DNA of 64,000 bases from Sedimentisphaerales bacterium (GTDB lineage Bacteria; Planctomycetota; Phycisphaerae; Sedimentisphaerales; Anaerobacaceae): NCBI GenBank assembly GCA_963708075.1, contig OY970194.1, positions 2,144,001 to 2,208,000 on the forward strand. Direction: 5' to 3'. Of the stretch, positions 1 through 8,737 are shown piece after piece. The first letter of the stretch is position 1. The number at the start of each line of letters is the position of its first letter. The position numbers and the translations under genes were made by a program. Below the pieces are notes generated by a model. That model was given only the letters and a program-made list of their open reading frames with translations, was not told where the DNA came from and did no database searches.

Positions 1-750
1 GTTCACCAACTGATACATCAACGTGACCGTCTTCACGCCATCCGGATCGGTCACCTTGGCGGTGATGGTCACGGCCTCCCCGGACCTCGGTTCCTTCGGC
101 GAGTGCTTCACCTGCCGGACCTGGGGCGGGATGTTCGCGGCGGGAGCCCCCTTATTCACCGCCGCGGGCGTCGGCAATCCCGACCGCCAACTGCCCCCGA
201 GATCATTATCGAACAAAGGATTGGTCAACTGCATGGAGCATCCCGCCCCCGGCTGATCCGCAGGCACCGGGTCGCCCACCGTGGGCCAGGGGAAGCCGAG
301 CTGGTACTCGACCTCATCTACCACCTGCCCCTGGGCGTCACACAGGACGACGCGGTCGCCTTCGTTGTCCAGCTTGCCCTCGTACGGGCCAAAGACGAGA
401 CTGGCCGGGATAGGGAACCGGCCCGCGCTCCACTTGGCGTGGATATGGCTCGGGTCCTGGGCCACGATCACGTACTCTCCTGCCGCTATTTTGGCTCCGG
501 CCGGGAACGTGTAGAGAATGCCCGACGTGAAGCGCCACCCGCTCAGGTCCAACTCGGAGGTCCCCGGGTTGTGCAGCTCAACGAACTCGACCAGCTCCGT
601 TTTCACATCCGGATCGACGTGCAGCTCGTTGATGACCACCTGGGGGAAATTCGAAATTCGAATATCGAAATCCGAAGGGACGGCTGCAACCAGACCCGTC
701 ATCGCCGAGAGAAACAAAACGACCGACGCAGACTTCTTTGGTGCTAACAC
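1..750 (-). CDS. Lamin-tail domain / CotH-family secreted protein, N-terminal part (runs off the left edge); paralogue of 8738..13456
   Basis: Not in the ORF track (no stop in window). Manual translation from GTG 750 gives VLAPKKSASVVL...QVVINELHVDPDVKTELVEFVELHNPG...ENIPPQVRQVKHSPKEP...VTDPDGVKTVTLMYQ, close to the N-terminus of the 8738 protein; GGAAGAGG RBS upstream. Confidence 0.9.
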   Translation of the reverse strand, partial: MLAPKKSASVVLFLSAMTGLVAAVPSDFDIRISNFPQVVINELHVDPDVKTELVEFVELHNPGTSELDLSGWRFTSGILYTFPAGAKIAAGEYVIVAQDPSHIHAKWSAGRFPIPASLVFGPYEGKLDNEGDRVVLCDAQGQVVDEVEYQLGFPWPTVGDPVPADQPGAGCSMQLTNPLFDNDLGGSWRSGLPTPAAVNKGAPAANIPPQVRQVKHSPKEPRSGEAVTITAKVTDPDGVKTVTLMYQLVN

Positions 751-770
751 GTTTCGTCCTCTTCCATATA

Positions 771-795
771 GTAGGGGCGGGTTTCAAACCCGCCC
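771..795. repeat. GTAG-type REP-like palindrome (GTAGGGGCGGGTTTCAAACCCGCCC); related copies at ~8363-8391 and ~8692-8715
   Basis: Hairpin GGGCGGGTTT-C-AAACCCGCCC preceded by GTAG. Confidence 0.75.
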
Positions 796-846
796 GGGCG
801 CGGGCCGCTCCACGCATGCCCGGCCATGCGCCCCCGCCACCCGTAT

Positions 847-876
847 ATTGTACCCGATTTCACATCCGCGAGTCAA
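847..876 (-). promoter_or_regulatory. Sigma70-like promoter TTGACT-18-TACAAT for the 1..750 gene
   Basis: Near-consensus boxes; homologous to TTGACG-18-TAAAAT at 8593..8622, sharing AAATCGGG before the -10. Confidence 0.6.
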
Positions 877-1046
877 GGCAGCGTCTGCCTTCCAAGTCCT
901 GGCTTTTCCGCGGAAGCCACGGTTTTCCTGGGGTACGGCGGCTCCGGTTGTCGCACTGTATAATGGGATCATGGCGTGGTCCATATTCCCTGTAAGGCAG
1001 GACCGCCGTAGAATAGCAATCGGTTGACTGTTTGTGGAGAGCGGAA

Positions 1047-2138
1047 ATGGCTGCAATGATTCATCTTGGTTTGCTGCTGCCGTTGGCGCTGGCCGGGGCA
1101 GGAAGTGGTCCGGGGGAGTTCATCACCATCGAGAGACTCTCGCCGCGCGTAATCCTGGCCTACTGGCCTGGGATTGACCGGCGATGCAATCTCACGGCCA
1201 TCCAGTCCGAGAAAGGCCTGGTGATCATCGATACGGAGGCATCGCCGCGGGTCATGGCCCCCATCAAGGCGAAGATCGAGCAGGCATTTCACCGCACCGA
1301 CTGGGCCTACGTCATCAATACGCACGCCCACGACAACCATTGCAGCGGCAACAGCCTCTTCAAGGGCGCGACGATCATTGGCCACGACAACCTTGCCGCC
1401 GACATGCAGTGGCTGATCGACCGGCAGGCCATGCCGGAACGGAAACGCCAGTCGATCGACCAGTTCACGACGATCATCCGCGACCTGCACGCCGCCCTGC
1501 CCCGATACGCCGCCAACCCCGGATACACGAGACTGATCCGCAGCGACCTCGTCTTCTACGGTCTGTTCGTGCAGGACCTGCAGGAGGGTTACGAGGTCGT
1601 CAAGCCGACGCTCACATTTCCCGATAAACACACGCTGGATTTGGGCGACCTGACCCTGGAGTTGACCTTCTTCGGCAAAGGCCACAGCAACTCCGACATC
1701 CTGATCTACGTTCCCCAGGAGCGGATCCTGGTCACCGGCGCCATCGCCTACCAGCAGTACCGCGTCCCTGAAATCGGCGAAGAGTCGCATCTTGAAGACG
1801 TCCACCGTTTCATCGCCGTCCTGGACGGTCTCCTCGCCGACAATGTGAAGATCGATCACGTGATCCCGGGACACAGCGTCCGGCTGACTCGCGCCGTCCT
1901 TCCACCGATCCGCGATTACTACCGGAGAATGCTCACGGAAGTCCAGGCCGCTCGCAAGCAGGGCCTGACCCTGGACGAGACGACCAGGCTTCTGACCCTC
2001 CGCGCCAAATTCCCCGCCTTCCGCGACCCGCCCTCCCGCACGTATGGCTACGACCACCAGGAGCGCAGCGTGAGGAACCTCTGGCGCATCCTGGACGAGG
2101 AGCAACCGCAGCCGAAAGCAGAGAAAGCACGGAATTGA
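1047..2138 (+). CDS. Secreted MBL-fold metallo-hydrolase
   Basis: Signal-peptide-like N-terminus; IIDT, THAHDNH (HxHxDH variant), GHS and PGH motifs. Confidence 0.85.
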   Translation: MAAMIHLGLLLPLALAGAGSGPGEFITIERLSPRVILAYWPGIDRRCNLTAIQSEKGLVIIDTEASPRVMAPIKAKIEQAFHRTDWAYVINTHAHDNHCSGNSLFKGATIIGHDNLAADMQWLIDRQAMPERKRQSIDQFTTIIRDLHAALPRYAANPGYTRLIRSDLVFYGLFVQDLQEGYEVVKPTLTFPDKHTLDLGDLTLELTFFGKGHSNSDILIYVPQERILVTGAIAYQQYRVPEIGEESHLEDVHRFIAVLDGLLADNVKIDHVIPGHSVRLTRAVLPPIRDYYRRMLTEVQAARKQGLTLDETTRLLTLRAKFPAFRDPPSRTYGYDHQERSVRNLWRILDEEQPQPKAEKARN

Positions 2139-2155
2139 GTGCGCCACAATGCTTC

Positions 2156-2184
2156 TTGACTCCGCGCCTCCAAATGGATAGGAT
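2156..2184 (+). promoter_or_regulatory. Sigma70-like promoter TTGACT-17-TAGGAT for the toxin-antitoxin pair
   Basis: Box sequences and spacing; GAGGTG RBS downstream. Confidence 0.5.
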
Positions 2185-2206
2185 GGAGTGAAGAATGAGG
2201 TGAAGC

Positions 2207-2422
2207 ATGAAGGACTACAGAGTAAAAACGAAAATTGAAAGAGACGGCTCACTGACGATCAAAGGTCTGCCCTTTCAGGCGGGAGAGCAAGTCGAGGTCG
2301 TTGTCCGAAGCCAAAAGGCGGGTGCCGGAAACGGTGATCGCTATCCGCTGCGAGGAAAGCCGATTCGATATACCGATCCCTTTGGCAGTGTGGCTGAAAA
2401 GGACTGGGAAGTCCTGAGATGA
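2207..2422 (+). CDS. Putative antitoxin (VapB-like, 71 aa)
   Basis: Small ORF (DGSLTIKGLPFQAGEQVEVVV...YPLRG...DPF...DWE) with an ATGA overlap to a PIN toxin remnant. Confidence 0.7.
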   Translation: MKDYRVKTKIERDGSLTIKGLPFQAGEQVEVVVRSQKAGAGNGDRYPLRGKPIRYTDPFGSVAEKDWEVLR

Positions 2423-2523
2423 TCGTTCTCGATACCCACATCTGGCTCTGGTGGGCACACTGTCCGCTCATCACATCTGACAGCAGAATTCTAACCTACC
2501 CCCACGTGAAGACGGTGGCATAG
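2419..2523 (+). pseudogene. VapC/PIN toxin remnant with in-frame internal deletion (34 aa)
   Basis: MIVLDTHIWLWWAH joined directly to CPLITSDSRILTYPHVKTVA*, the typical first and last segments of a ~130 aa PIN toxin. Confidence 0.8.
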
Positions 2524-2842
2524 GGACCAAGCCGGATGCCGTGAGGCGTTTTCGTGGCGAGGCCGTCCCGGTCTTGCGTCTCGCCGGCATCTTGCCGGTG
2601 CTCCCTTGGCCCATCTTGGCCGACGAACAGCCCGACCTCCGCGTTCTCCGCACGTCGAATAATGAATAATGGATTCCGCTGAAGAAGCCTCGCAAATGGC
2701 AAAACTACCCGCGTTTTCGGGCCCACAAATGAGGGTAAGGAGGCCAAAAACAGGGCTTTCTCAGCGGAATCAACAATGAAGACACGGCCCCCTGATTTGC
2801 TTGAGGAGAATGTCTCACGCACCCTGGCCCGTCGTCGGGCTA

Positions 2843-3475
2843 TCACACTTGCCGGCGTAGTCTCAAACCGGCAGCCCCCAGCCCGAGCAACCCCAACAGG
2901 ACGGCGCCCGGAAGAGGGACGACAGAGCCAAACTGGGCGTTGTCGATTCCGGTGTTCTGGGTTTGCCCGCCCACGGCCGTCCAGCGAATGGAATCGATGA
3001 AGCTGCTCGAAGTCACTCCGAAGAAACCGATCGTGGTGTAGTTGACATTACTTAGAGTCGTGGTGGTCCACCCGTCACTGTTGTGGATCTGGAGTGTGAC
3101 GGGCCCCCAGCTATTGAGATACGTATCGAACCCCACCGCTGTGATGGACAGGCCAAGGGGGATGCTCACCACGAAGTCCTCGTTCCCGGTGGCCGTCATG
3201 ACATTGGCGCCCGCCGGAACAAGGGGGACGCCGAAGTTGGTGTAGGCGTTGTCCGTGACCCAGATGTTGCCCGTGGCATACGGCGCATAGGTGATTCCCT
3301 GGTTGGTGAACGAAGCCAATGCCGAGTCCTTGGGAGTCGCCGAGCTGAAGTTTTCCATGAAACTGATGGTTGTGTTCGCGGCGAACGAAGCACCATCCGC
3401 ATAGAACGTAAGGCCCGCGTGGGCCATGGCGGCAAACAGCAACAGTGCCGCAGAAGCGAAAACGCATCTTCTCAT
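2843..3475 (-). CDS. PEP-CTERM-like (VPLPG variant) surface protein
   Basis: Signal peptide ending AHA; Thr/Ser/Asn-rich body; C-terminus VPLPG-AVLLGLLGLGAAGL-RLRRQV (motif, TM helix, basic tail). Confidence 0.85.
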   Translation of the reverse strand: MRRCVFASAALLLFAAMAHAGLTFYADGASFAANTTISFMENFSSATPKDSALASFTNQGITYAPYATGNIWVTDNAYTNFGVPLVPAGANVMTATGNEDFVVSIPLGLSITAVGFDTYLNSWGPVTLQIHNSDGWTTTTLSNVNYTTIGFFGVTSSSFIDSIRWTAVGGQTQNTGIDNAQFGSVVPLPGAVLLGLLGLGAAGLRLRRQV

Positions 3476-3801
3476 CACACTCATCCTCCACCCCCAGCGT
3501 TCAACTGATTGTCATACGGCTATCAGGAGAACTTGCACACTCTCCAACGGGCAGCGCCAAAAGGGCCGCGCTCTTATTAATTCTACGCGTCACAAGGGGG
3601 GAATGTCAAAGATTTTTTACGACGCGATTACACTTTTTTGGGTAATAACAGGCCCGGCCGCAAACGGCGGTTCCATAGCCGGTTGTTCGTGTCGGCAAAC
3701 CGCATTCCTGCCTCAAAAACGCGGATTTGGACGTCACCCGCAAAGGTCCATCATCTGCCTACGCATGTTATCGAGCCTCCTGCTACGGTCAAGCAGAGCG
3801 T

Positions 3802-3876
3802 GTAGGGTGGGTTCTCAACCCACGCGTCAAGAGACACTTCGCTCGAGTAACCACGTGGGTCAAGGACCCACCCTAC
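3802..3876. repeat. REP doublet (REPIN): GTAGGGTGGGTTCTCAACCCACGCG...CGTGGGTCAAGGACCCACCCTAC
   Basis: Two inverted GTAG-REP hairpins; near-identical copies at ~4990-5064 and ~5175-5249; single REPs at ~4246-4270, ~4854-4879, ~6952-6979, ~7051-7077. Confidence 0.9.
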
Positions 3877-3888
3877 GAGCTCATCCTC

Positions 3889-4023
3889 TCACGCCAGTTT
3901 GTACGCGATCTGTTCGTCGAGGATGTCTTTGACGGTCAGGGCGATGACGCTCTTGCCGGTCTTCTTGAAGAATGCTCCGATCTCGTGCAATGCATCCGTG
4001 CTGTAGTCGAACGCGACAAAGAA
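3889..4023 (-). pseudogene. 3'-end fragment of an MTase-Mrr homologue
   Basis: Matches 5262..5396 with 5 substitutions, all synonymous in the MTase frame. Confidence 0.85.
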
Positions 4024-4279
4024 TTGCGGCCGAAAGCAGAGAAAGCACGGGACTGAGCAAGCCACCGGTTTTCACGGCAGGCACATGGAATCATCAAGAC
4101 ACAGACGCTTACGCCCAGGCGATCCAAGCAAAACAATTATTTGACTAAAGATGCGACCTCACAGTCCCCACGTTCTCCACACCTCGAATAATGAATAATG
4201 AAGACACGGCCCCATCATTTCGCCCATCCCCGTGTCGATGGCATGTAGGGTGGGTTCTCAACCCACGCGTAGAGGTCCA

Positions 4280-4831
4280 TTATTCTCCAGCCCCGAGATC
4301 GTCAAATTCATCTCTTCTGCTGAGCAGGGTTTGCGGACCATAGTAGCCTTCCCGCAGGTACCGGTGGTAGGTTGACCAAGGCCAGTCGCCTGGGTCCGTG
4401 ACCAAGGCGTGTTTGACCGGGTTGAAATGAATGTAGTTGACGTGCCTGCTGAGGTCGAGCTCGTCACGGATTCGGTGCTCCCAGAATCGACGTTGCCAGA
4501 TGGCAGCCTCATTTCGGTGTACGTGGGATGGATTGCGAATGGCGTCACGACCTCCGGCGCGGAGGTACTCGCGTGTGAAGACGGCCTTGATGGCCGCCCA
4601 ACGGCTGGAGAAATCGGCATCGTCGGGCGGCAGCTTCCAGATACAGTGCAGGTGTTCCGGAAGAAGATACCGAGCGACGATCTCAAATGGCTTGCGTTCC
4701 TGCACCGTCTGCCACGCATGACGTAGACAGGCTCTCGCCGCCTCCTCGGAGAAGATCCGATGCCTGTCGTAGGTCACGACGGTAAAGAAATAACAGCCGC
4801 CTGGAGAGTCGGCGCGCCGGTAGTGAGACAT
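4280..4831 (-). mobile_element. rayT: REP-associated tyrosine transposase (RAYT, Y1 HUH family)
   Basis: GGCYFFTVVT, PEHLHCIW (HUH), WQRRFWEHRIRDE, YIHFNPVKH (catalytic Tyr); flanked on both sides by inverted REPs. Confidence 0.93.
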
Positions 4832-4868
4832 CTCGTGATCCTGCCGCAAAGTCACGCGTGGGTTGAGA

Positions 4869-5250
4869 ACCCACCCTACGAAGAACGCATGGGTGAAGAC
4901 TCATTCTGCACGCCTAATGACATCATCCGAAATGCTATCTATGTGAATGCAGGAACGCAAGCAATTCAGGTTGCGTGCCCCGCAGCCTTGTAGGGTGGGT
5001 TCTCAACCCACGCGTCAAGAGACACTTCGCTCGAGTAACCGCGTGGGTCAAGGACCCACCCTACGAAGAACGCATGGGTGAAGACTCATTCTGCACGCCT
5101 AATGACATCATCCGAAATGCTATCTATGTGAATGCAGGAACGCAAGCAATTCAGGTTGCGTGCCCCGCAGCCTTGTAGGGTGGGTTCTCAACCCACGCGT
5201 CAAGAGACACTTCGCTCGAGTAACCGCGTGGGTCAAGGACCCACCCTACG
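4869..5250. repeat. Exact 185-bp tandem duplication (spacer plus REPIN), BIME-like
   Basis: GAAGAACGCATGGG... starts at 4880 and 5065; the two units look identical by eye. Confidence 0.9.
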
Positions 5251-5261
5251 AGCTCATCCTC

Positions 5262-6773
5262 TCACGCCAGTTTGTACGCGATCTGTTCGTCAAGGATGTC
5301 TTTGACGGTCAGGGCGATGACGCTCTTGCCGGTCTTCTTGAAGAATGCTCCGATCTCGTGCAGAGCGTCCGTGCTATAGTCGAACGCGACAAAGAACCCC
5401 TTCGTGCGGTCCTCGCGCATCATCACCGCTTCGAAGGAGTCAATGTCGGGCCGGCCGACCTTGTCTTTCTGCTTGACCTGGATGGGGTACCAGACGTCCA
5501 TGAAGTCGAGTTGGCCCTCGCTCTTCTTCGGCGTCGCTGAGACCGGGTAGATTCGCCCGTCGATGCCCATGTCTCCGACCTGGGCCTTGTTGGGAATGCC
5601 GCCCAGCGCGATGACGGCCCAGTTCTCAAATTCAAACGGCGGAATCTTGCGCAACTGCTCTTCGCTCCACGGCAGGTCACGAACCACAAAGCCCCGCCCA
5701 AGCCGCCAGAGCTTCTCATCCTCTTTCACGCCACAGATGTCCCGCAGCCGCTTAGCCATTACCCGGCAGGCGGTTGGCGAGATGTCAATACCGATCCATT
5801 GACGCCCCAGGTTCTCTGACGCCACCAATGCGGTGCCACAGCCACAGAACGCATCCAAGAGGACATCGTTGGGTCTGGAACTCGTGTTGATGATGCGCTC
5901 AAGCAATTGGAGAGGCTTCTGTGTCGGATACCCAAGCGACTCCTTAGCCTGTGAGTTTATGGGGTTGATATCATCCCAGACACTTCCAACCGGAAGGCCC
6001 TTGGATTCATCGAGATATCGCTTATATCGGGGAGTTCTGCCACCTGGTGGAATCGCGACTCGTCCCTCCTTAATGAATTGCTCCATCTTCTCCTGACTGT
6101 ATCGCCAGTAGCCGTCAACTCCGAGAACTACGTAATGAGGATTGCCCTTGGAGGGCGCGGCACCACCGGGTGCGCGGAGGTCACCCCATTGAAAGCGTCG
6201 CCCATTTTCATCCGTCTGCGAGTAATGCGATTCGATGTAGGATGGGTCCAGCGGAGAGTATTGCTGGTTCCAGGTATAGTCGTCCGATTTGGTGTAAAGA
6301 AACAATGTGTCGTGAAGGCGACCGAAGTGTCGGCTTCCTTGCTTGGCGTCGTTGTGGGAGGTTTGTCGCTTCCAGACGACCTCGTTTATAAACGCGTTCT
6401 CTCCGAAGATCTGGTCGAGCATGACTTTGACGTAGTGGCTCGCGTGCCAGTCACAGTGGTAGTAGAAGGAGCCGGTCTTCTTGAGGACGCGGTGGAGCTC
6501 GACGCAGCGCGGACGCATGAAGTCGATGTAGGCGGCGGTGGAGGCGTGGCGGTCCTCGAAGGCGCGTTTCTCCTTCGTCTCGCCCCAGAAGACCTCGTAG
6601 TTGCGATTGGAGTTGAAGGGCGGGTCGATGTAGACCAGGTCCACGCATTCATCGGGCAGCTTGCTCAACTGGTCGAGATTGTCGCCGCAGTAGATGACTC
6701 GGGTATCGACCAGCGCCGAGGGCTTGCCGCCCGCCGGGACTTTTTCAGACTCTCGCGCATCTTTCTTTGTCAT
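5262..6773 (-). CDS. N6-adenine/N4-cytosine DNA methyltransferase (beta class) fused to a C-terminal Mrr-like endonuclease domain
   Basis: YIDPPFNS (motif IV), YPTQKP, LDAFCGCGT (motif I), then FEFE...DMGIDG...IQVKQ (Mrr-type D-QxK). Confidence 0.9.
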   Translation of the reverse strand: MTKKDARESEKVPAGGKPSALVDTRVIYCGDNLDQLSKLPDECVDLVYIDPPFNSNRNYEVFWGETKEKRAFEDRHASTAAYIDFMRPRCVELHRVLKKTGSFYYHCDWHASHYVKVMLDQIFGENAFINEVVWKRQTSHNDAKQGSRHFGRLHDTLFLYTKSDDYTWNQQYSPLDPSYIESHYSQTDENGRRFQWGDLRAPGGAAPSKGNPHYVVLGVDGYWRYSQEKMEQFIKEGRVAIPPGGRTPRYKRYLDESKGLPVGSVWDDINPINSQAKESLGYPTQKPLQLLERIINTSSRPNDVLLDAFCGCGTALVASENLGRQWIGIDISPTACRVMAKRLRDICGVKEDEKLWRLGRGFVVRDLPWSEEQLRKIPPFEFENWAVIALGGIPNKAQVGDMGIDGRIYPVSATPKKSEGQLDFMDVWYPIQVKQKDKVGRPDIDSFEAVMMREDRTKGFFVAFDYSTDALHEIGAFFKKTGKSVIALTVKDILDEQIAYKLA

Positions 6774-6852
6774 AGTGCACCAGTGTAAACCCGGGTGGGC
6801 GTTTTGCAAGCCCTATGCGGATTCCGGCGGCCCTCAGGCGCCATCAAATCAT

Positions 6853-7108
6853 CTCGCGCAGAGACGCAGAGACGCGGAGAACGGCAGGATGGAATCACGT
6901 TTCTTTACTCTGCGTCCCTGCGCCTCTGCGCGATACATAATTCTCCCCGGACTACGCGTGGGTTGAGAACCCACCCTACGGGGAGTCGGTGTGCGATGCA
7001 CACCCTACGTCCTCTCTGCGTCCCTGCGCGATCCATAATTCTTCCTGGGCTACGCGTGGGTTGAGAACCCACCCTACGGGGAGTCGGTGTGCGGTGCACA
7101 CCCTACGC
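6853..7108. repeat. Composite palindromic repeat: 9-nt CGCAGAGAC-type inverted element plus two imperfect ~100-bp tandem units carrying REPs
   Basis: CGCAGAGACGCAGAGACGCGGAG pairs with CTCTGCGTCCCTGCGCCTCTGCG; the unit ...ACGCGTGGGTTGAGAACCCACCCTACGGGAGTCGGTGTGCGATGCACACCCTAC occurs twice. Confidence 0.8.
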
Positions 7109-7551
7109 GGGTTCGGGCTTCCTTGGGACCGGCAATTGGGCGCCGGGAGCCCGGTCGGAGGGGTGTCTCACTTTCGGTCGAATTTCGCACGATTTGCGCG
7201 CCGGTTTAGTTGGGGAAATGGGTGCTGCGCGAGATTTTTTTTATTTCATTTGGGGCAAGGGGTTACGGGAATCCGGAGGAGGCGGGCGGATCACTTTTTT
7301 CGACCAAAGCGCACACTTTCGTCCCATTGTGGAGGGACGCATTTGTGCGCCGGCGTCCCTTCGAGCCCGGCCAGTTTGTAGTGTGCCCGTAAGGGCATTC
7401 GGTAGCGTGGGCATCTTGCCCGTGATCCTTGGTCATGGGCGCTCGCGCCCATGCTACTCAAACGCCTTACGGCGTCACTACGAACGGGCTTGGCATTGCC
7501 AACTGAGATGAAAACGGGTGAAGGTTGAGAAAGGCGAGAGGGAATGACGGT

Positions 7552-8391
7552 ATGAGACCAAGAAGCAGAGTGCAGCAAGGCGCCGCGCAGAATCCGGACA
7601 TCGCTGACCGGCAACCAACAACCAGGGACGAACAACCAGCAGCCGACCCGCCGGTGATGCCATGTTGCGGGAGTTGCGTTTATGCGGTGGCGTTGCAGGA
7701 TGCCGAGCGACAACTGCTGGTGTGCACGGATCGGCCGGGGGTGCCGGGACAATTGTCGATTGTCCAGCCGTGCGAGGTGTGCCGGAGGTTCAGAAAGAGG
7801 CGAGAGAAGATCGTTCGGCTGGAGCCGCCTGAGCCGCCGAGTGACGATGTCCGCTATATCCCGCTGACGCGGGGCAGGTTCGCCATTATCGATGCGGCCG
7901 ACTATGAGCGGGTCAGCCGGCACAAGTGGTGCGTGACAGGCTCCGGGCGACGGGTGTATGCGTGCCGCAGTGTCAACGGCAAGCAGGTCTCCATGCACCG
8001 GTTCCTCATGAATCCGCCGAAGGGGATGGTCGTGGACCACATCGACGGCGACCCCCTGAACAACCGCCGGAGCAATCTGCGCATTTGCACGGTGCAGCAG
8101 AATATCTGGAACAGCCAGCCCAAGGGCAAAAGCTCGCAGTACAAGGGCGTGTGCAGGGACAAGGACAAGAGGAAATGGGTGGTGCACGTTTGCCACAACG
8201 GGCACAACTGGTATATGGGCCGGTTCGAGCTGGAGATCGACGCCGCCCGGGCCTACGACCGCAAGGCCTTCGAGCTCTTCCGCGAGTACGCATGGCTGAA
8301 CTTCCCGGAGGAATATGGAATGTTTCCGCTTCGATCGCGTCTATGTAGGGGAACAGATGCCCGTAGGGGCGGGTTTGAAACCCGCCTGTAG
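7552..8391 (+). CDS. HNH endonuclease with AP2 DNA-binding domain and Cys-rich N-terminal extension
   Basis: IPLTRGRFAIID, MHRFLM, VDHIDGDPLNNRRSNLR (HNH), SSQYKGV...GRF..EIDAARAYD...LNFP (AP2); CCGSC...CEVC upstream. Start uncertain. Confidence 0.9.
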   Translation: MRPRSRVQQGAAQNPDIADRQPTTRDEQPAADPPVMPCCGSCVYAVALQDAERQLLVCTDRPGVPGQLSIVQPCEVCRRFRKRREKIVRLEPPEPPSDDVRYIPLTRGRFAIIDAADYERVSRHKWCVTGSGRRVYACRSVNGKQVSMHRFLMNPPKGMVVDHIDGDPLNNRRSNLRICTVQQNIWNSQPKGKSSQYKGVCRDKDKRKWVVHVCHNGHNWYMGRFELEIDAARAYDRKAFELFREYAWLNFPEEYGMFPLRSRLCRGTDARRGGFETRL

Positions 8392-8414
8392 GAAACGCAC
8401 AGGGTCGGCGATTG

Positions 8415-8494
8415 CAGATTTCAGATTTGAGATTTGAGATTTTAGATGTGAGATGTGAGACGTGAGACGTGAGATTTGAGATTTGAGATTTCAG
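8415..8494. repeat. Heptamer tandem array (GATTTGA/GATGTGA/GACGTGA, ~11 units)
   Basis: Direct reading of the sequence. Confidence 0.9.
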
Positions 8495-8592
8495 TTTTGG
8501 AGTTTTCGAGGGGGAGGGTGACTGGCATACGCAGTGCCGGATCCAAAGGGTGGGCCGAAGGTCCGAGAAGGCGTGACGAATTGGGTTTCACC

Positions 8593-8622
8593 TTGACGGG
8601 AGGGTGTCAAATCGGGTAAAAT
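8593..8622 (+). promoter_or_regulatory. Sigma70-like promoter TTGACG-18-TAAAAT
   Basis: Homologous to the promoter at 847..876 (minus). Confidence 0.6.
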
Positions 8623-8737
8623 GAGCGAAAAGCGGGTGCGGATGGGTCTGTCGGCCGCGTGGGACGGGCATGCATTGAGCAGCCCGCATACGGCGGGTTT
8701 CAAGCCCGCCTCTACTTCATATGGAAGAGGATGTAGC

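Noticed and set aside
3877..4023. DGR template repeat for the MTase 3' end
   Set aside because: Differences are synonymous and not adenine-specific; no reverse transcriptase in the window.
4869..5250. CRISPR-like repeat/spacer array
   Set aside because: The spacers are identical, the repeats are REP hairpins beside a RAYT, and there are no cas genes.
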